The position numbers and the translations under genes are program-made. 64,000 nucleotides of DNA. Origin: a bacterium. Its GTDB lineage: Bacteria > UBA8248. The notes under the pieces are model-generated. The model was not told where the DNA came from. It did not search any database and was given only the letters and a program-made list of their open reading frames with translations. Below are positions 29,633-39,471 of the stretch, piece by piece. The stretch is from assembly GCA_965204535.1 (NCBI GenBank), contig OZ241996.1, positions 448,001 to 512,000 of the forward strand. Direction: 5' to 3'. Each line of letters begins with the position of its first letter. Position 1 is the first letter of the stretch.

Positions 29633-29751
29633 ATAACGGGACAGTTCGGGCGGATTCGCGAATGTATGGGGTTTCCGTGCGCAGTGATAGTTATTGAGCT
29701 GCATCTTGTTTGAGACCAATCATAACCACCCAATCATCGAGGAGTCTTCTC

Positions 29752-30534
29752 ATGGACATTCGTCTGGACGGAAAAAAAGCGCTCATCACGGGCGGCAGCC
29801 GTGGCATGGGCCGGGGCATGGCGCTCAAGTTTTCTGAATCGGGGGCCGAGGTGGCCATCGTCGCGCGGCGGCCCGACGTGCTCGAAGAAACGAGGGCGGA
29901 GATCGAAGCCGCCACCGGGGGCAGGGTGTTCGCCTACTCGTGCGATATGGGCGACGCCGAGGCGATCAAGGCCATGTGGGCCGCGGCGCTCGATGATCTG
30001 GGCCAAATCGATATCCTGGTCAACAACGCGGGCACCTCCACCCGGGGGCCGTTCGAGGAGATAAGCGACGAGATGTGGGAGGAGGATCTGGGCTTGAAAC
30101 TCTTCGGCGCCATCAGGACCTGCCGCCTCGCTTTCCCCGCCATGAAGGAGCGCCGCTGGGGCCGCATCATCAACGTCGTGACCGTGGCGGGAAAAGCGCC
30201 GCCCGCGGCCAGCGCGCCGACTTCCGTCTCGCGCGCCGCGGGCATGGCGATGACCAAGGTGCTGGCGGGCGAGGGAGCTCCCCATAACGTGCTGGTGAAC
30301 GCGCTGTGCACGGGCCGCATCGTGACGGATCAGATCGCGCGGCGCTATGAGCGGGAGGAGCCTGACGTTTCTTTCGAGGAATACGTCGCCGAAGCGGGGC
30401 GCGACATTCCGCTCGGCCGGATGGGAACGGCCGAGGAATACGCCAACATGGCGTGTTTCCTCGCGTCCGACGCCGCCTCCTACATCACCGGGACGGCGGT
30501 GAACATCGACGGGGGATTCTGCCCTGTCGTGTAG
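29752..30534 (+). CDS. SDR family oxidoreductase
   Basis: TGGSRGMG, LVNNAG, ASYITG..IDGG. Confidence 0.9.
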   Translation: MDIRLDGKKALITGGSRGMGRGMALKFSESGAEVAIVARRPDVLEETRAEIEAATGGRVFAYSCDMGDAEAIKAMWAAALDDLGQIDILVNNAGTSTRGPFEEISDEMWEEDLGLKLFGAIRTCRLAFPAMKERRWGRIINVVTVAGKAPPAASAPTSVSRAAGMAMTKVLAGEGAPHNVLVNALCTGRIVTDQIARRYEREEPDVSFEEYVAEAGRDIPLGRMGTAEEYANMACFLASDAASYITGTAVNIDGGFCPVV

Positions 30535-30536
30535 AC

Positions 30537-31256
30537 TCAGGAATACGGACACACAGCCCGTAGCGGACACTCTTCGCATTTGGGCTTCGGGCGGCAGAAG
30601 GTGTGGCCCAGGCGCACGAGGAGGGCGTGGTATTCGTTGAAAAGGGGGGCGTCGCGGGGCAGGTGCGCCGTGAGGCTCTCCTGCAGGGCAAGGTAGTCCT
30701 TATCCCCGTTTTTCGACGCCTCGAAATGGCCGAGCCGGGAGAAGATGCGCTTCGTATAGGCGTCCACCACGAAAACGGGCCTCTCCGCCGCGTAGAGCGT
30801 GATGGAATCGGCCGTCTCGCGCCCCACGCCGTCCAGGCCCATCAGTTCCTCGTGCAACTCTTCCGTCGGCAGGCTTAATAAATTGTCCACGTCTCCCCCA
30901 TAGTGTTTCGAGAGGTAGGCGATGAACCCTTTGATTCTTTTGGCCTTCATGTTGAAAAACCGGGCGGGCCGGATGAGGCGGGCGAGGCGGTCTCCCCGCA
31001 CTTTCTTGAGCGCGTCCTCCGTCAAGAGGCCCTCTTTTTTCAAGTTTTCGATCGCGCGCGCCGCGTTCGCCCACGAGGTGTTCTGGACCAGAATGGCGCC
31101 CAGGCAGATTTCGAGCGTCGTCTCGCCGGGCCACCAGTCCTGCGGGCCGAATCGCTCATAGAGGCGCTCGTAGATATCCATCAGGCGCTTCCGGCTGAGG
31201 CCCGAAACTTGAACTTCTCGTTTTTCCCCGTTCATACTCGCCTCGGCTATCCCCAT
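30537..31256 (-). CDS. Endonuclease III-related HhH-GPD DNA glycosylase
   Basis: GAILVQNTSW, GVGRETADSI, FVVDAYT, CRPKPKCEECPL Fe-S motif. Confidence 0.9.
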   Translation of the reverse strand: MGIAEASMNGEKREVQVSGLSRKRLMDIYERLYERFGPQDWWPGETTLEICLGAILVQNTSWANAARAIENLKKEGLLTEDALKKVRGDRLARLIRPARFFNMKAKRIKGFIAYLSKHYGGDVDNLLSLPTEELHEELMGLDGVGRETADSITLYAAERPVFVVDAYTKRIFSRLGHFEASKNGDKDYLALQESLTAHLPRDAPLFNEYHALLVRLGHTFCRPKPKCEECPLRAVCPYS

Positions 31257-31333
31257 GGTGTAGATTCCTACTCTTATATAGCCAGACTGCCTAGCGCAAT
31301 CATGTATTCACAACTCCGTGTAAGGGACGTTCA

Positions 31334-32299
31334 GTGCGAAAAGGCGCGAAAATTCTCGTAGGCGACTGCGCCGGCGTGAAAGAAGGCGAGGACGTGCTCA
31401 TCGTCACAGACGACGAGCGTCTCCCCATCGCGCAGGCGCTTTGCGCTGAGGCGGGAGACTTGGGCGCTCGGGCCACGATGGCCGTATGCCCGCCCCGGAG
31501 CATCGACAACGAGGAGCCTCCGCGCGCCGTGGCCGAGGCGATGCGGGCGTCCGACGTGGTTTTCCTGCCCGTCACCCACGCCTTGGCCCATACGCGGGCG
31601 ACGCGGGAGGCGATAGGCGCGGGCGCGCGCGTGCTCTCGATGACGGCGTTCACGCCCGGCCAGATGGAGTCCGGCGGCCTGATGGCGGATTTCAGGGCGA
31701 GAAAGCCGCTTTGCGACGCTTTGGCGGCGCGCCTGAGCGAGGCGCGCGAGGTGCGCGTCACCAATCCGGCGGGCACCGAACTCACGTTCTCCCTTGAAGG
31801 ACGCGCGGGCAACAGCCACGCCTGCGTGCTCGACGGGCCGGGCTTCACCGCCGTTCCCAACATCGAGGCCAACACATCGCCTCTGGACGGGACGACGAGC
31901 GGCACGCTCGTGGTGGACGGCAGCATCCCCTATTACGGGGTGGGGGTGGTCGAGGAGCCTGTGACTTTCCGGATCGAGGAGGGTTTCGTGCGGGAGATAA
32001 CCGGCGGGGGGCAGGCGGATTTCTTGCGCGAACTTTTAGCCGCGCAGAACGACAAGTGGGTCTACAACGTCGCGCAGTTCGCGATGGGCCTCAATCCCGA
32101 ATGCAGGGATTTTACCGGCGAGATGCTGAACGATGAAGGCGTGAACGGCACGATCCACATCGGCATCGGAACCTCCGCCAACCTGGGCGGCGACGTGCAG
32201 GCCAAGACCCACTTCGACGCCATCATCCGCGCGCCTTCGGTCTGGTTCGACGGCGAGGCCATCATCAAAGACGGCGAGATACTCGTAAACGCGGAATGA
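31334..32299 (+). CDS. M29-fold aminopeptidase-like protein
   Basis: EEPP..VAEAM, PNIEANTSP, GTIHIGIG..THFD; starts the operon with the hydantoinase genes. Confidence 0.75.
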   Translation: MRKGAKILVGDCAGVKEGEDVLIVTDDERLPIAQALCAEAGDLGARATMAVCPPRSIDNEEPPRAVAEAMRASDVVFLPVTHALAHTRATREAIGAGARVLSMTAFTPGQMESGGLMADFRARKPLCDALAARLSEAREVRVTNPAGTELTFSLEGRAGNSHACVLDGPGFTAVPNIEANTSPLDGTTSGTLVVDGSIPYYGVGVVEEPVTFRIEEGFVREITGGGQADFLRELLAAQNDKWVYNVAQFAMGLNPECRDFTGEMLNDEGVNGTIHIGIGTSANLGGDVQAKTHFDAIIRAPSVWFDGEAIIKDGEILVNAE

Positions 32300-34386
32300 T
32301 GGATAACAATTTGAACATTCGCCTGGGCGTAGACATCGGAGGCACGTTCACCGACCTCGTGCTCATCGACGAGGCGCGCGGCGCGGCCCACATCGCCAAG
32401 GTGCTGACCACGCCCGACGATCCCGCAGAGGGGACGCTGGCCGGTTTCAGGACAATACTCGAATCGGCGGGTATCGACGCATCCGATCTGGCGAGCATCG
32501 TTCACGCCACCACCCTCATCACCAACGCGTTGATCGAGAGAAAAGGCGCGCGCACGGGCCTCATCACCACGCAGGGGTTCTCGGACGTCATCGAGATCGG
32601 CCGCGAGAAGCGCTTCGACCTCTACGACCTGCACCAGGAGATGCCGGAGCCTTTGATCGCAGAAGAATTCCGGGCCGAGGCGCCCGAACGCGTCCACGTG
32701 GACGGCGAGGTGGTGGTTCCCCTGGACGAGGAAGCCGTGAAGCGCGAGGCGGAAAGGCTCCTTGAGATAGGTGCGGAATCCATCGCCGTCTCGTTTCTCC
32801 ATGCGCCGGTGAACTCTGCGAACGAAAGAGCGGCGCAGGCGGCCATCGGGGAAGTAGCGGGCGATACGCCCGTTTCCATCTCATCCGACGTGGCCCCCGA
32901 GACGGGCGAGTACGAGCGCGCCTCCACCACGGCGGCGAACGCCTACGTGCGGCCCATCGCCGATGCGTACCTGACGCGCCTGCTCGCCAGCCTGCGCGAT
33001 TCGGGCTTCGCGGGTGACCTCTTCATCATGCTCTCCAATTCGGGCTTCGCGGCGGTCGAAAGCGTGCGCGAGCACCCCGTGCGGATCATCGAATCGGGGC
33101 CTGCAGGCGGCGCGCTCGCGGCGGCGCAGATCGCCCGCTCGCTGGGCGAGGCCCACGCCCTGGGGTTCGACATGGGCGGAACCACGGCCAAGATATGTTT
33201 GATCGAAGACGGCGAACCCGCGACGGAAAACCGATTCGAGGTGGCGCGGACGTCGAGGTTCCAGAAGGGAAGCGGCCTGCCCATCCTCTCGCCAACGGTG
33301 GATTTGGTCGAGATCGGCGCGGGCGGCGGCAGCATTGCGCAGATAAGCGACCTGGGATTGATCCGCGTCGGGCCGCAGAGCGCGGGCGCGGCCCCGGGGC
33401 CCGCCTGCTACGATCAGGGAGGCGCGCAGCCCACCGTCACGGACGCGAACCTGCTCCTGGGCTATCTCAATCCAGATTTCTTCCTGGGCGGCGCGATGCG
33501 GCTAGAAGCCGAACGCGCGCGCGAGGCCGTCTCCTCGCTGGCTGAGAAGCTCGACATGAGCGTCGAGGATGCGGCGTGGGGGATTTACGAGATCATCACC
33601 GAGCAGATGGCGAGCGCCGCGCGCGTGCACATCGCCGAAAAAGGGGGCGACCCCAGGAACTACGCCCTGATCGCCACGGGCGGCGCCGCGCCCCTTCACG
33701 CCTGCCACATGGCGAAAAAACTCTACATCCGCCGGGTCGTCTGCCCGCCGGACGTGGGCGTGGCTTCGGCCGCCGGTCTCCTGGCGGCGCGGCCGAGGGC
33801 GGACGCCGTTCGCGTCCTGGTGTCCGACGTGGATGCGGTCGACTGGGCGCGCGTCGAGGAGTCGTACCGGGAGATGGCCGCGCAGATGACGGATTCCCTT
33901 GGCGAGGGGATAGAGGTGGACGGGCGCTGGGAGTTTCTTTGCGCGGCCGACATGCGCTACCGGGGGCAGACGGACACGGTGAGCGTCCCCCTGCCAGAAG
34001 TTGGGGCGATGCCGGTGCGTGACGCCGCGAACATGCAGGAGCTGTTCGAGCGTGCCTATGAGCGGCGGTATTTGCGAAAGATCGAGAACGTGGCGGCGGA
34101 GGTGGCCGCCTGGCGGCTGACCATGCTGGGTCCCGGCCCCTCCGAGGCGGAAGTCCCGCCCCTCAAAGACGATACGGATTTCGATAAAGGAGTGAGAGAA
34201 ATATATGCGGGTCCCGAGCGTGGATTCTCGGAGGCGCGCGTGTATCACCGGTATTCGCTGCCCGCCGGGCGGGAATTTTCAGGCCCCGCCATCGTCGAGG
34301 AGCGCGAATCCACCATCGTGGTCCCCGAAGACGCGCGCTTCAGGAAAGACGCGGGTGGCCACATCGTCATAGAGGTGGAAGGCTGA
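32296..34386 (+). CDS. Hydantoinase A/oxoprolinase family subunit
   Basis: GVDIGGTFTD, ESGPAGG, DMGGTT, GAGGGS, PTVTDA. Confidence 0.92.
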   Translation: MMDNNLNIRLGVDIGGTFTDLVLIDEARGAAHIAKVLTTPDDPAEGTLAGFRTILESAGIDASDLASIVHATTLITNALIERKGARTGLITTQGFSDVIEIGREKRFDLYDLHQEMPEPLIAEEFRAEAPERVHVDGEVVVPLDEEAVKREAERLLEIGAESIAVSFLHAPVNSANERAAQAAIGEVAGDTPVSISSDVAPETGEYERASTTAANAYVRPIADAYLTRLLASLRDSGFAGDLFIMLSNSGFAAVESVREHPVRIIESGPAGGALAAAQIARSLGEAHALGFDMGGTTAKICLIEDGEPATENRFEVARTSRFQKGSGLPILSPTVDLVEIGAGGGSIAQISDLGLIRVGPQSAGAAPGPACYDQGGAQPTVTDANLLLGYLNPDFFLGGAMRLEAERAREAVSSLAEKLDMSVEDAAWGIYEIITEQMASAARVHIAEKGGDPRNYALIATGGAAPLHACHMAKKLYIRRVVCPPDVGVASAAGLLAARPRADAVRVLVSDVDAVDWARVEESYREMAAQMTDSLGEGIEVDGRWEFLCAADMRYRGQTDTVSVPLPEVGAMPVRDAANMQELFERAYERRYLRKIENVAAEVAAWRLTMLGPGPSEAEVPPLKDDTDFDKGVREIYAGPERGFSEARVYHRYSLPAGREFSGPAIVEERESTIVVPEDARFRKDAGGHIVIEVEG

Positions 34387-35933
34387 TGTCGTTCGATCCC
34401 ATCACGCTGGAAGTGCTCTGGCGGCGGCTCATCGGCATCGTGGACGAGGCGGCGGCGACGCTCGTACGCACCTCGTTCTCGACGCTGGTGCGCGAGTCGA
34501 ACGATTTCTCCTGCGTGATCACCGACGATCAGGGCCACTCGCTCGTGCAGTCCTCGACCAGCATCGCCTCGTTCATCGGCACCCTGCCCATAACGGTTCG
34601 CCATTTCTTGAGAGCCTTTCCGCCCGAGGCGCTGGAGCCCGGCGACATCCTCATCACCAACGACATCTGGTACGGAACGGGCCATCTCCCCGACGTGAAC
34701 ATCGTGAAGCCGGTGTTCTACCGGGATAGATTCATCGGTTTTTCGGCCAGCACGGCCCATCTGCCCGACATCGGCGGCAAAATCCGCTCGCCCGACCCGA
34801 GGGAGGTCTACGAGGAGGGCCTCCAGATCCCCATGATGAAGATGTACCGGCGCGGCGAGCCCGACCGGACGCTCATCGACCTCATCCGCTACAACGTGCG
34901 CGTGCCCGACCTGGTGATGGGCGACATCAACGCCCAGCTCACGGCGAACCGCCTGGCGGAAAAGCGCCTGGGCGATCTGCTGGATGAATACGGTCTGGAG
35001 GATCTGCGCGCGCTGACGAAGGAGATCCAGGGCCGCTCGGAGAAGGCCATGCGCGACGCCCTGCGACGTCTGCCCGACGGGGAGTTCGCGTCCGAAATCG
35101 AGACCGACGGCCTGGCGGAACCCATACGGGTGCGGACGCGGATCGAGAAAACGGGCGATTCCCTGGTCATCGACTACGCGGGTTCCTCGCCCCAGGTCGA
35201 TCGCGCCGTGAACGTGGCCTACAACTACACCTACGCCTATTCGGTCTACCCCATCAAATGCGTCCTGTGCCCCGAGGTACCCAACAACGAGGGGTGTTTC
35301 CGGCCCATCGACGTGCGGACGGAGCCGGGCAGCATTTTAGAACCCTTACACCCCGCCGCCGGAGGGGGCCGGATGCTGGTGGGCCACTACCTGCCCGCCG
35401 CCGTCTTCGAGGCGCTCGCCCCCGTCATCCCCGAAGAGGTGCCCGCGGCGAGCGGCTCCCCGCTCTGGTGCGTGAACTATACGGGGCTGGACAAGCGCGG
35501 CGTGCGGACGGCGGGGCTTTTCTTCCAGAACGGGGGCACGGGCGCCACCGCGCGCGGGGACGGCCACGCGTGCCTGAGTTACCCCAGCAACGTCTCCCAC
35601 ACGCCGATAGAGGTGATCGAGCGCATCACGCCCTTCACGCTGATTGAAAAGACGATACTGAGAGACTCCGGCGGCGCCGGGAAATTCCGGGGCGGCTGCG
35701 GGCAGCGGATCGTCTTCCGGAACGACTCGCCCGCGCGCATCACGGTCTCGTTCATGGCCGAGCGCACGAAATCAGCAGCACCTGGGCTGTTCGGCGGCGG
35801 GCACGGCGGGCGGGGGCAGGTGCGCATCAACGAGCGCGAAATCGACCCCAAGGTCACCACCGACATGGAGCCGGGCGACACCTTGACGCTCATTACGCCG
35901 GGCGGCGGGGGCTACGGGGAGGCGGAATCATGA
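34386..35933 (+). CDS. Hydantoinase B/oxoprolinase family subunit
   Basis: DPITLEV..RTSFS, HLPDIGG, YEEGLQIP, TPGGGGYG. Confidence 0.92.
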   Translation: MSFDPITLEVLWRRLIGIVDEAAATLVRTSFSTLVRESNDFSCVITDDQGHSLVQSSTSIASFIGTLPITVRHFLRAFPPEALEPGDILITNDIWYGTGHLPDVNIVKPVFYRDRFIGFSASTAHLPDIGGKIRSPDPREVYEEGLQIPMMKMYRRGEPDRTLIDLIRYNVRVPDLVMGDINAQLTANRLAEKRLGDLLDEYGLEDLRALTKEIQGRSEKAMRDALRRLPDGEFASEIETDGLAEPIRVRTRIEKTGDSLVIDYAGSSPQVDRAVNVAYNYTYAYSVYPIKCVLCPEVPNNEGCFRPIDVRTEPGSILEPLHPAAGGGRMLVGHYLPAAVFEALAPVIPEEVPAASGSPLWCVNYTGLDKRGVRTAGLFFQNGGTGATARGDGHACLSYPSNVSHTPIEVIERITPFTLIEKTILRDSGGAGKFRGGCGQRIVFRNDSPARITVSFMAERTKSAAPGLFGGGHGGRGQVRINEREIDPKVTTDMEPGDTLTLITPGGGGYGEAES

Positions 35934-36385
35934 AGCCTCTGCTCGGCGATGACGCCTGGGCGTTCGTGGAGCGCGCGCGCGTGGCGCGGCTGGCGACGGC
36001 GGATAAGGACGCCGCGCCCCACGTCGTGCCCGTCGTCTTCGCCGCCGTGGACGGAAAGATATACATTCCGGTGGACGGCAAGCAGAAAAAAGACGTCGAG
36101 CGGCTCAAAAGGCTCGACAACATCCGCGAGAACGCGCAGGTCTCGTTTCTGGTCGATCACTACGAGGACGACTGGGCGAAACTCGGCTTCGCCCTCATCT
36201 TCGGGAACGCGAGGATCATCCACGCCGATGCGGACGCCGCAGCTTACGAGAAGGCTGCCGAACGCTTGCGTGAAAAATACGCGCAGTATCGCGGCGCCAT
36301 CACGATCCACGCCTGGATGATAGAGATAACGCCGCACCGCGCCGCGTCCTGGGGCGCGATGGGAGAGGAGGAGTCTCAAAAGTGA
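35930..36385 (+). CDS. PPOX-class (putatively F420-dependent) oxidoreductase
   Basis: ARVARLAT..PHVVPVVF..VDGK..RLDNIREN..DHYEDDW. Confidence 0.8.
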   Translation: MKPLLGDDAWAFVERARVARLATADKDAAPHVVPVVFAAVDGKIYIPVDGKQKKDVERLKRLDNIRENAQVSFLVDHYEDDWAKLGFALIFGNARIIHADADAAAYEKAAERLREKYAQYRGAITIHAWMIEITPHRAASWGAMGEEESQK

Positions 36386-37206
36386 AGCTCAGCTATCAGA
36401 TCGCCACGCCGGATATCTCCACCCCCAACCTCCCCAGCGCGCAGGGGACCCTTGAGGAAAACCTCGACTGCATCGCCGAGGCGGGATTCTGCGGCGTGGA
36501 GCTTTCGGTGCGAAAGCCCGCTGAACTCGATTTGGACGATATAGAGAAGCAGATCAATAGCCGGGGCCTCTCGGTTTCGATGATCCACACCGCAGCGATG
36601 GGCTTTCAGGACAGGATATGGCTGTGCCACCCCGTGCCCGAGATCAGGGCGGTCTCCTACCGCCGCCACCTGGACGCGCTCGATATGGCGGAAAGGTTCG
36701 GGTGCGGCATGGTGATCGGCTCCTCGCGCGGGAATCTCTGCGAGGATGAGCGCCGCGAGGATTCCCTCGGCTGGATGCGCGACGCGCTCCTCGGTCTCGC
36801 GGATGAGGCCGCAGCGCGCGGCGCCAGACTCTATCTCGAGCCCTTGTGCAGCCACTGGATCAACAACGTGACCACGGCGGCCGAGGGCGCGGCGCTTTGC
36901 CGGGAACTCGGCCACGAGGCCCTGGTTCTCATGCTCGACACCTACCACATGAACGCGGATGAGGCGTCGTTCACCGACCCCATCCTGGAATCGAGGGAGC
37001 TTCTCGGCCACATGCATATCGCCGAGAACAACCGCTACTATCCCGGCGGCGGGCACATTCCCTTCGGCGAGGTGGTCGGGGCGCTGCGCTCGATAGGCTA
37101 CGGCGGCTGGCTGACCTGCCAGATCGTCTCCAAGCCCGACATCCGCACGGCGGCTAAGCTGGCGGCGGAGAATCTAAGGGCGCTCATCGGGGATGGGGCG
37201 TCCTGA
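36382..37206 (+). CDS. Sugar phosphate isomerase/epimerase (TIM barrel)
   Basis: LEPL, LDTYHMN, HMHIAENNR..PGGGH. Confidence 0.85.
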   Translation: MKLSYQIATPDISTPNLPSAQGTLEENLDCIAEAGFCGVELSVRKPAELDLDDIEKQINSRGLSVSMIHTAAMGFQDRIWLCHPVPEIRAVSYRRHLDALDMAERFGCGMVIGSSRGNLCEDERREDSLGWMRDALLGLADEAAARGARLYLEPLCSHWINNVTTAAEGAALCRELGHEALVLMLDTYHMNADEASFTDPILESRELLGHMHIAENNRYYPGGGHIPFGEVVGALRSIGYGGWLTCQIVSKPDIRTAAKLAAENLRALIGDGAS

Positions 37207-37223
37207 GGCATTCTCCGTTCGTC

Positions 37224-37410
37224 GGGGTTGCTGAAAAACCTCTCCTCGCTCGGAATTGACTACTGCCGGAATAACGATCAAAAACACATTCACCCGTAGT
37301 GACAGCCCCTCCTCGGGGCTGTCCCACAGCCCCCCGTGGCCGCCCGCATCGTATATGTTCATCCCTGTGGCTACGCTTCGCAGGGACAGGCACGGGGGCC
37401 TGTCCCTACG
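37224..37410. repeat. Partial MITE end plus GTAG-REP palindromes
   Basis: GGGGTTGCTGAAAAACC..GCTCGGAATTGAC; GTAGTGACAGCCCC..GGGGCTGTC; AGGGACAGGC..GCCTGTCCCTAC. Confidence 0.65.
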
Positions 37411-37843
37411 GATTGAGGGCGCTTATCGAGGATGGGGCGTCATAAGGCTTTCGAAAAAGCCGCCGCCCCGCCACCCGCATCCGCCGCCGAATCGTGGGGG
37501 TAATCAGGCGGCAATGGGGCAGCGGGGCAGTGCTTGTTTCATGTAACTCTCAATCTTCCCTGCATTCCAAAATTTGCGTTCAATGAATGTTTGACAGTCT
37601 ATGGTGCGTAACTCCCGCACATGATGTTAAATATCTTTAATAAAGTTAAAGATATATTAACTATCTGGCAAAACTCGCATTTTGTCAAGAGGAAAAATCG
37701 AAAAAATCAAATTTTACGGGTGGGAGTCGGTTCTTCTGCGGTGTCTGGAGCGCGGCGCTGCTCGCCTTCCTGCGTTCGCTTTGAGGGGGTCCATACCCGA
37801 CGCCTCAGGAGGGACGCGGACCCTCGTCAGGAGAGATAAAGCC

Positions 37844-38995
37844 TTATTTCTTGAGCGAAAAAAGGCGCCTCGCCAGTTCGGCATCGGGTATGGAAATTTT
37901 CCCCTCCCATGCGAGTTCGGCCAGAAGCCTTCCGGTGAGCGGACCGAACTTGAATCCGTGGCCCGAGAAGCCGGCCCCGAACGCGATGCGCGGGTTCTCG
38001 GGATGCAGGTCGATGATGAAATCCTCATTCGGCGCGTTGGTGTAGAGGCAGTGCTCCGCGCCCGCGAGCGTCCAGTTCTTGCAGGTGAAAAAGCGCGCCA
38101 TGAAACGCCTCACGTCGTCGATTTTCTCCTGGTCGATGGCGTCGGGCGGGTTGTCCGGGTCGTCATCCACCCCGACTCTCAGATGCCGGCCCACCTTGAC
38201 GCCCGCGCGCCCGAATACCGGCATTCCGTAGAACAGGTTGTTCTCGTCCTGTTCCCTGTAGGCCCAGACCGGGAAACGGCCGGGCCGGTAGGCGTCCGGG
38301 TCGTCTTCGGGCGTGAAGTACCCGACCGTCTGGCGGGCGATGTTGAGCTTGGGCCGAATGAACGGGAGTAAATCCTTCGCCCATGCCCCCGCCGCCACGA
38401 CGAGGCGCTCGGTCTCGATAGTCCCCCCGTTCGTTTCGACCTTTACGGGGTCGGACGCCGGGTCGAATCCGTGGACGGCCGTGTTCTCATGGATTTGCGC
38501 CCCGCTCTCGCGGGCCAGCGCGGCGAGCGATTCGATGGCCTCTATCGAGGATATGAATCCCCCCGTCTTGTCCAGCAGGGCGCTCTCGGCGTCCTCGAAA
38601 GTGAACTGGGGGAACCGCCCCCGCGCCTCGTCCGCGGTGAGGAGTTCCACGTCCACGCCCTCTTGTGCCACCGCCTGGACGTAGGAATGGTAACGCTCGC
38701 ACGGCGGCCCGGTGTATATCCCGGGATTGGAATATACGAGTTTTTTGCCGGTGTCCTTTTCGAGCCTGGGCCACTCTTCCTTATGCACCCACTGCATGAG
38801 GCGGACGTATTCGGGGGCGACGTAGGCGCTTCTCGTGACGCGGGCGGCGCCGTGCGAACTGCCCCTGTCGTGGCCGATCTCGAAACGCTCCACCAGCCCG
38901 ACGCGCGCGGCGCCCAGGCGCTTCAGGTGATAAAGGGCCGAGAGCCCGTTGATGCCCCCGCCGACCACCAGGGCGTCGTAAGTATCGCCGTTCAA
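37844..38995 (-). CDS. solA: Monomeric sarcosine oxidase/N-methyltryptophan oxidase family flavoprotein
   Basis: VVGGGING, GSSHG..RVTR, CLYTN..DFIID, GFSGHGFKF. Confidence 0.85.
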   Translation of the reverse strand: MNGDTYDALVVGGGINGLSALYHLKRLGAARVGLVERFEIGHDRGSSHGAARVTRSAYVAPEYVRLMQWVHKEEWPRLEKDTGKKLVYSNPGIYTGPPCERYHSYVQAVAQEGVDVELLTADEARGRFPQFTFEDAESALLDKTGGFISSIEAIESLAALARESGAQIHENTAVHGFDPASDPVKVETNGGTIETERLVVAAGAWAKDLLPFIRPKLNIARQTVGYFTPEDDPDAYRPGRFPVWAYREQDENNLFYGMPVFGRAGVKVGRHLRVGVDDDPDNPPDAIDQEKIDDVRRFMARFFTCKNWTLAGAEHCLYTNAPNEDFIIDLHPENPRIAFGAGFSGHGFKFGPLTGRLLAELAWEGKISIPDAELARRLFSLKK

Positions 38996-39167
38996 GAAAA
39001 CTTACCTCATGCGGTGATGCCGCGCCGCCGGATTTTCATACTTAGCCGGCGCGGGCAATCTTTTTCACGTCGTCTACAGGGAAACATCCATAGCAAATCG
39101 GCGTGTTTCCGCCAAGTGGTCTTCGGAGGGAGGCGATTGTGCCTGGTTTGCGCTTATCCCATTTTCT

Positions 39168-39330
39168 GTAGAGACGATTCACGAATTGTGAGGTTGACTA
39201 GGGTAGGGACAGGTCGCGACCTGTCCCTGCATCGAAAGCCACAATTTTCCCGTGTTGCCTTGATGACCCGTAGGGACAGGCCCCCGTGCCTGTCCTGGTG
39301 GAGGACAACCACGGGGGGTTGTCCCTGCAA
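39168..39330. repeat. GTAG-REP palindrome cluster
   Basis: GTAGGGACAGGTCGCGACCTGTCCCT (39203), GTAGGGACAGGC..GCCTGTCCT, GGACAACC..GGTTGTCC. Confidence 0.75.
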
Positions 39331-39471
39331 ACGTGCTTTCTCGGTGCTCGTTTGGCATAGAAGAAGAAAACTCTTGTGGTGAAGGCGCGGTTAGCCTCGT
39401 CGTGGTAAGGTGGCGTTTCATCAACTCGATAGCAGCGATATGAAATTCACATAGCTGGAATGGAGGTCGAA

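Noticed and set aside
37504-37542. 12-aa minus-strand mini-ORF MKQALPRCPIAA
   Set aside because: Weak RBS, no downstream gene to attenuate and no other support
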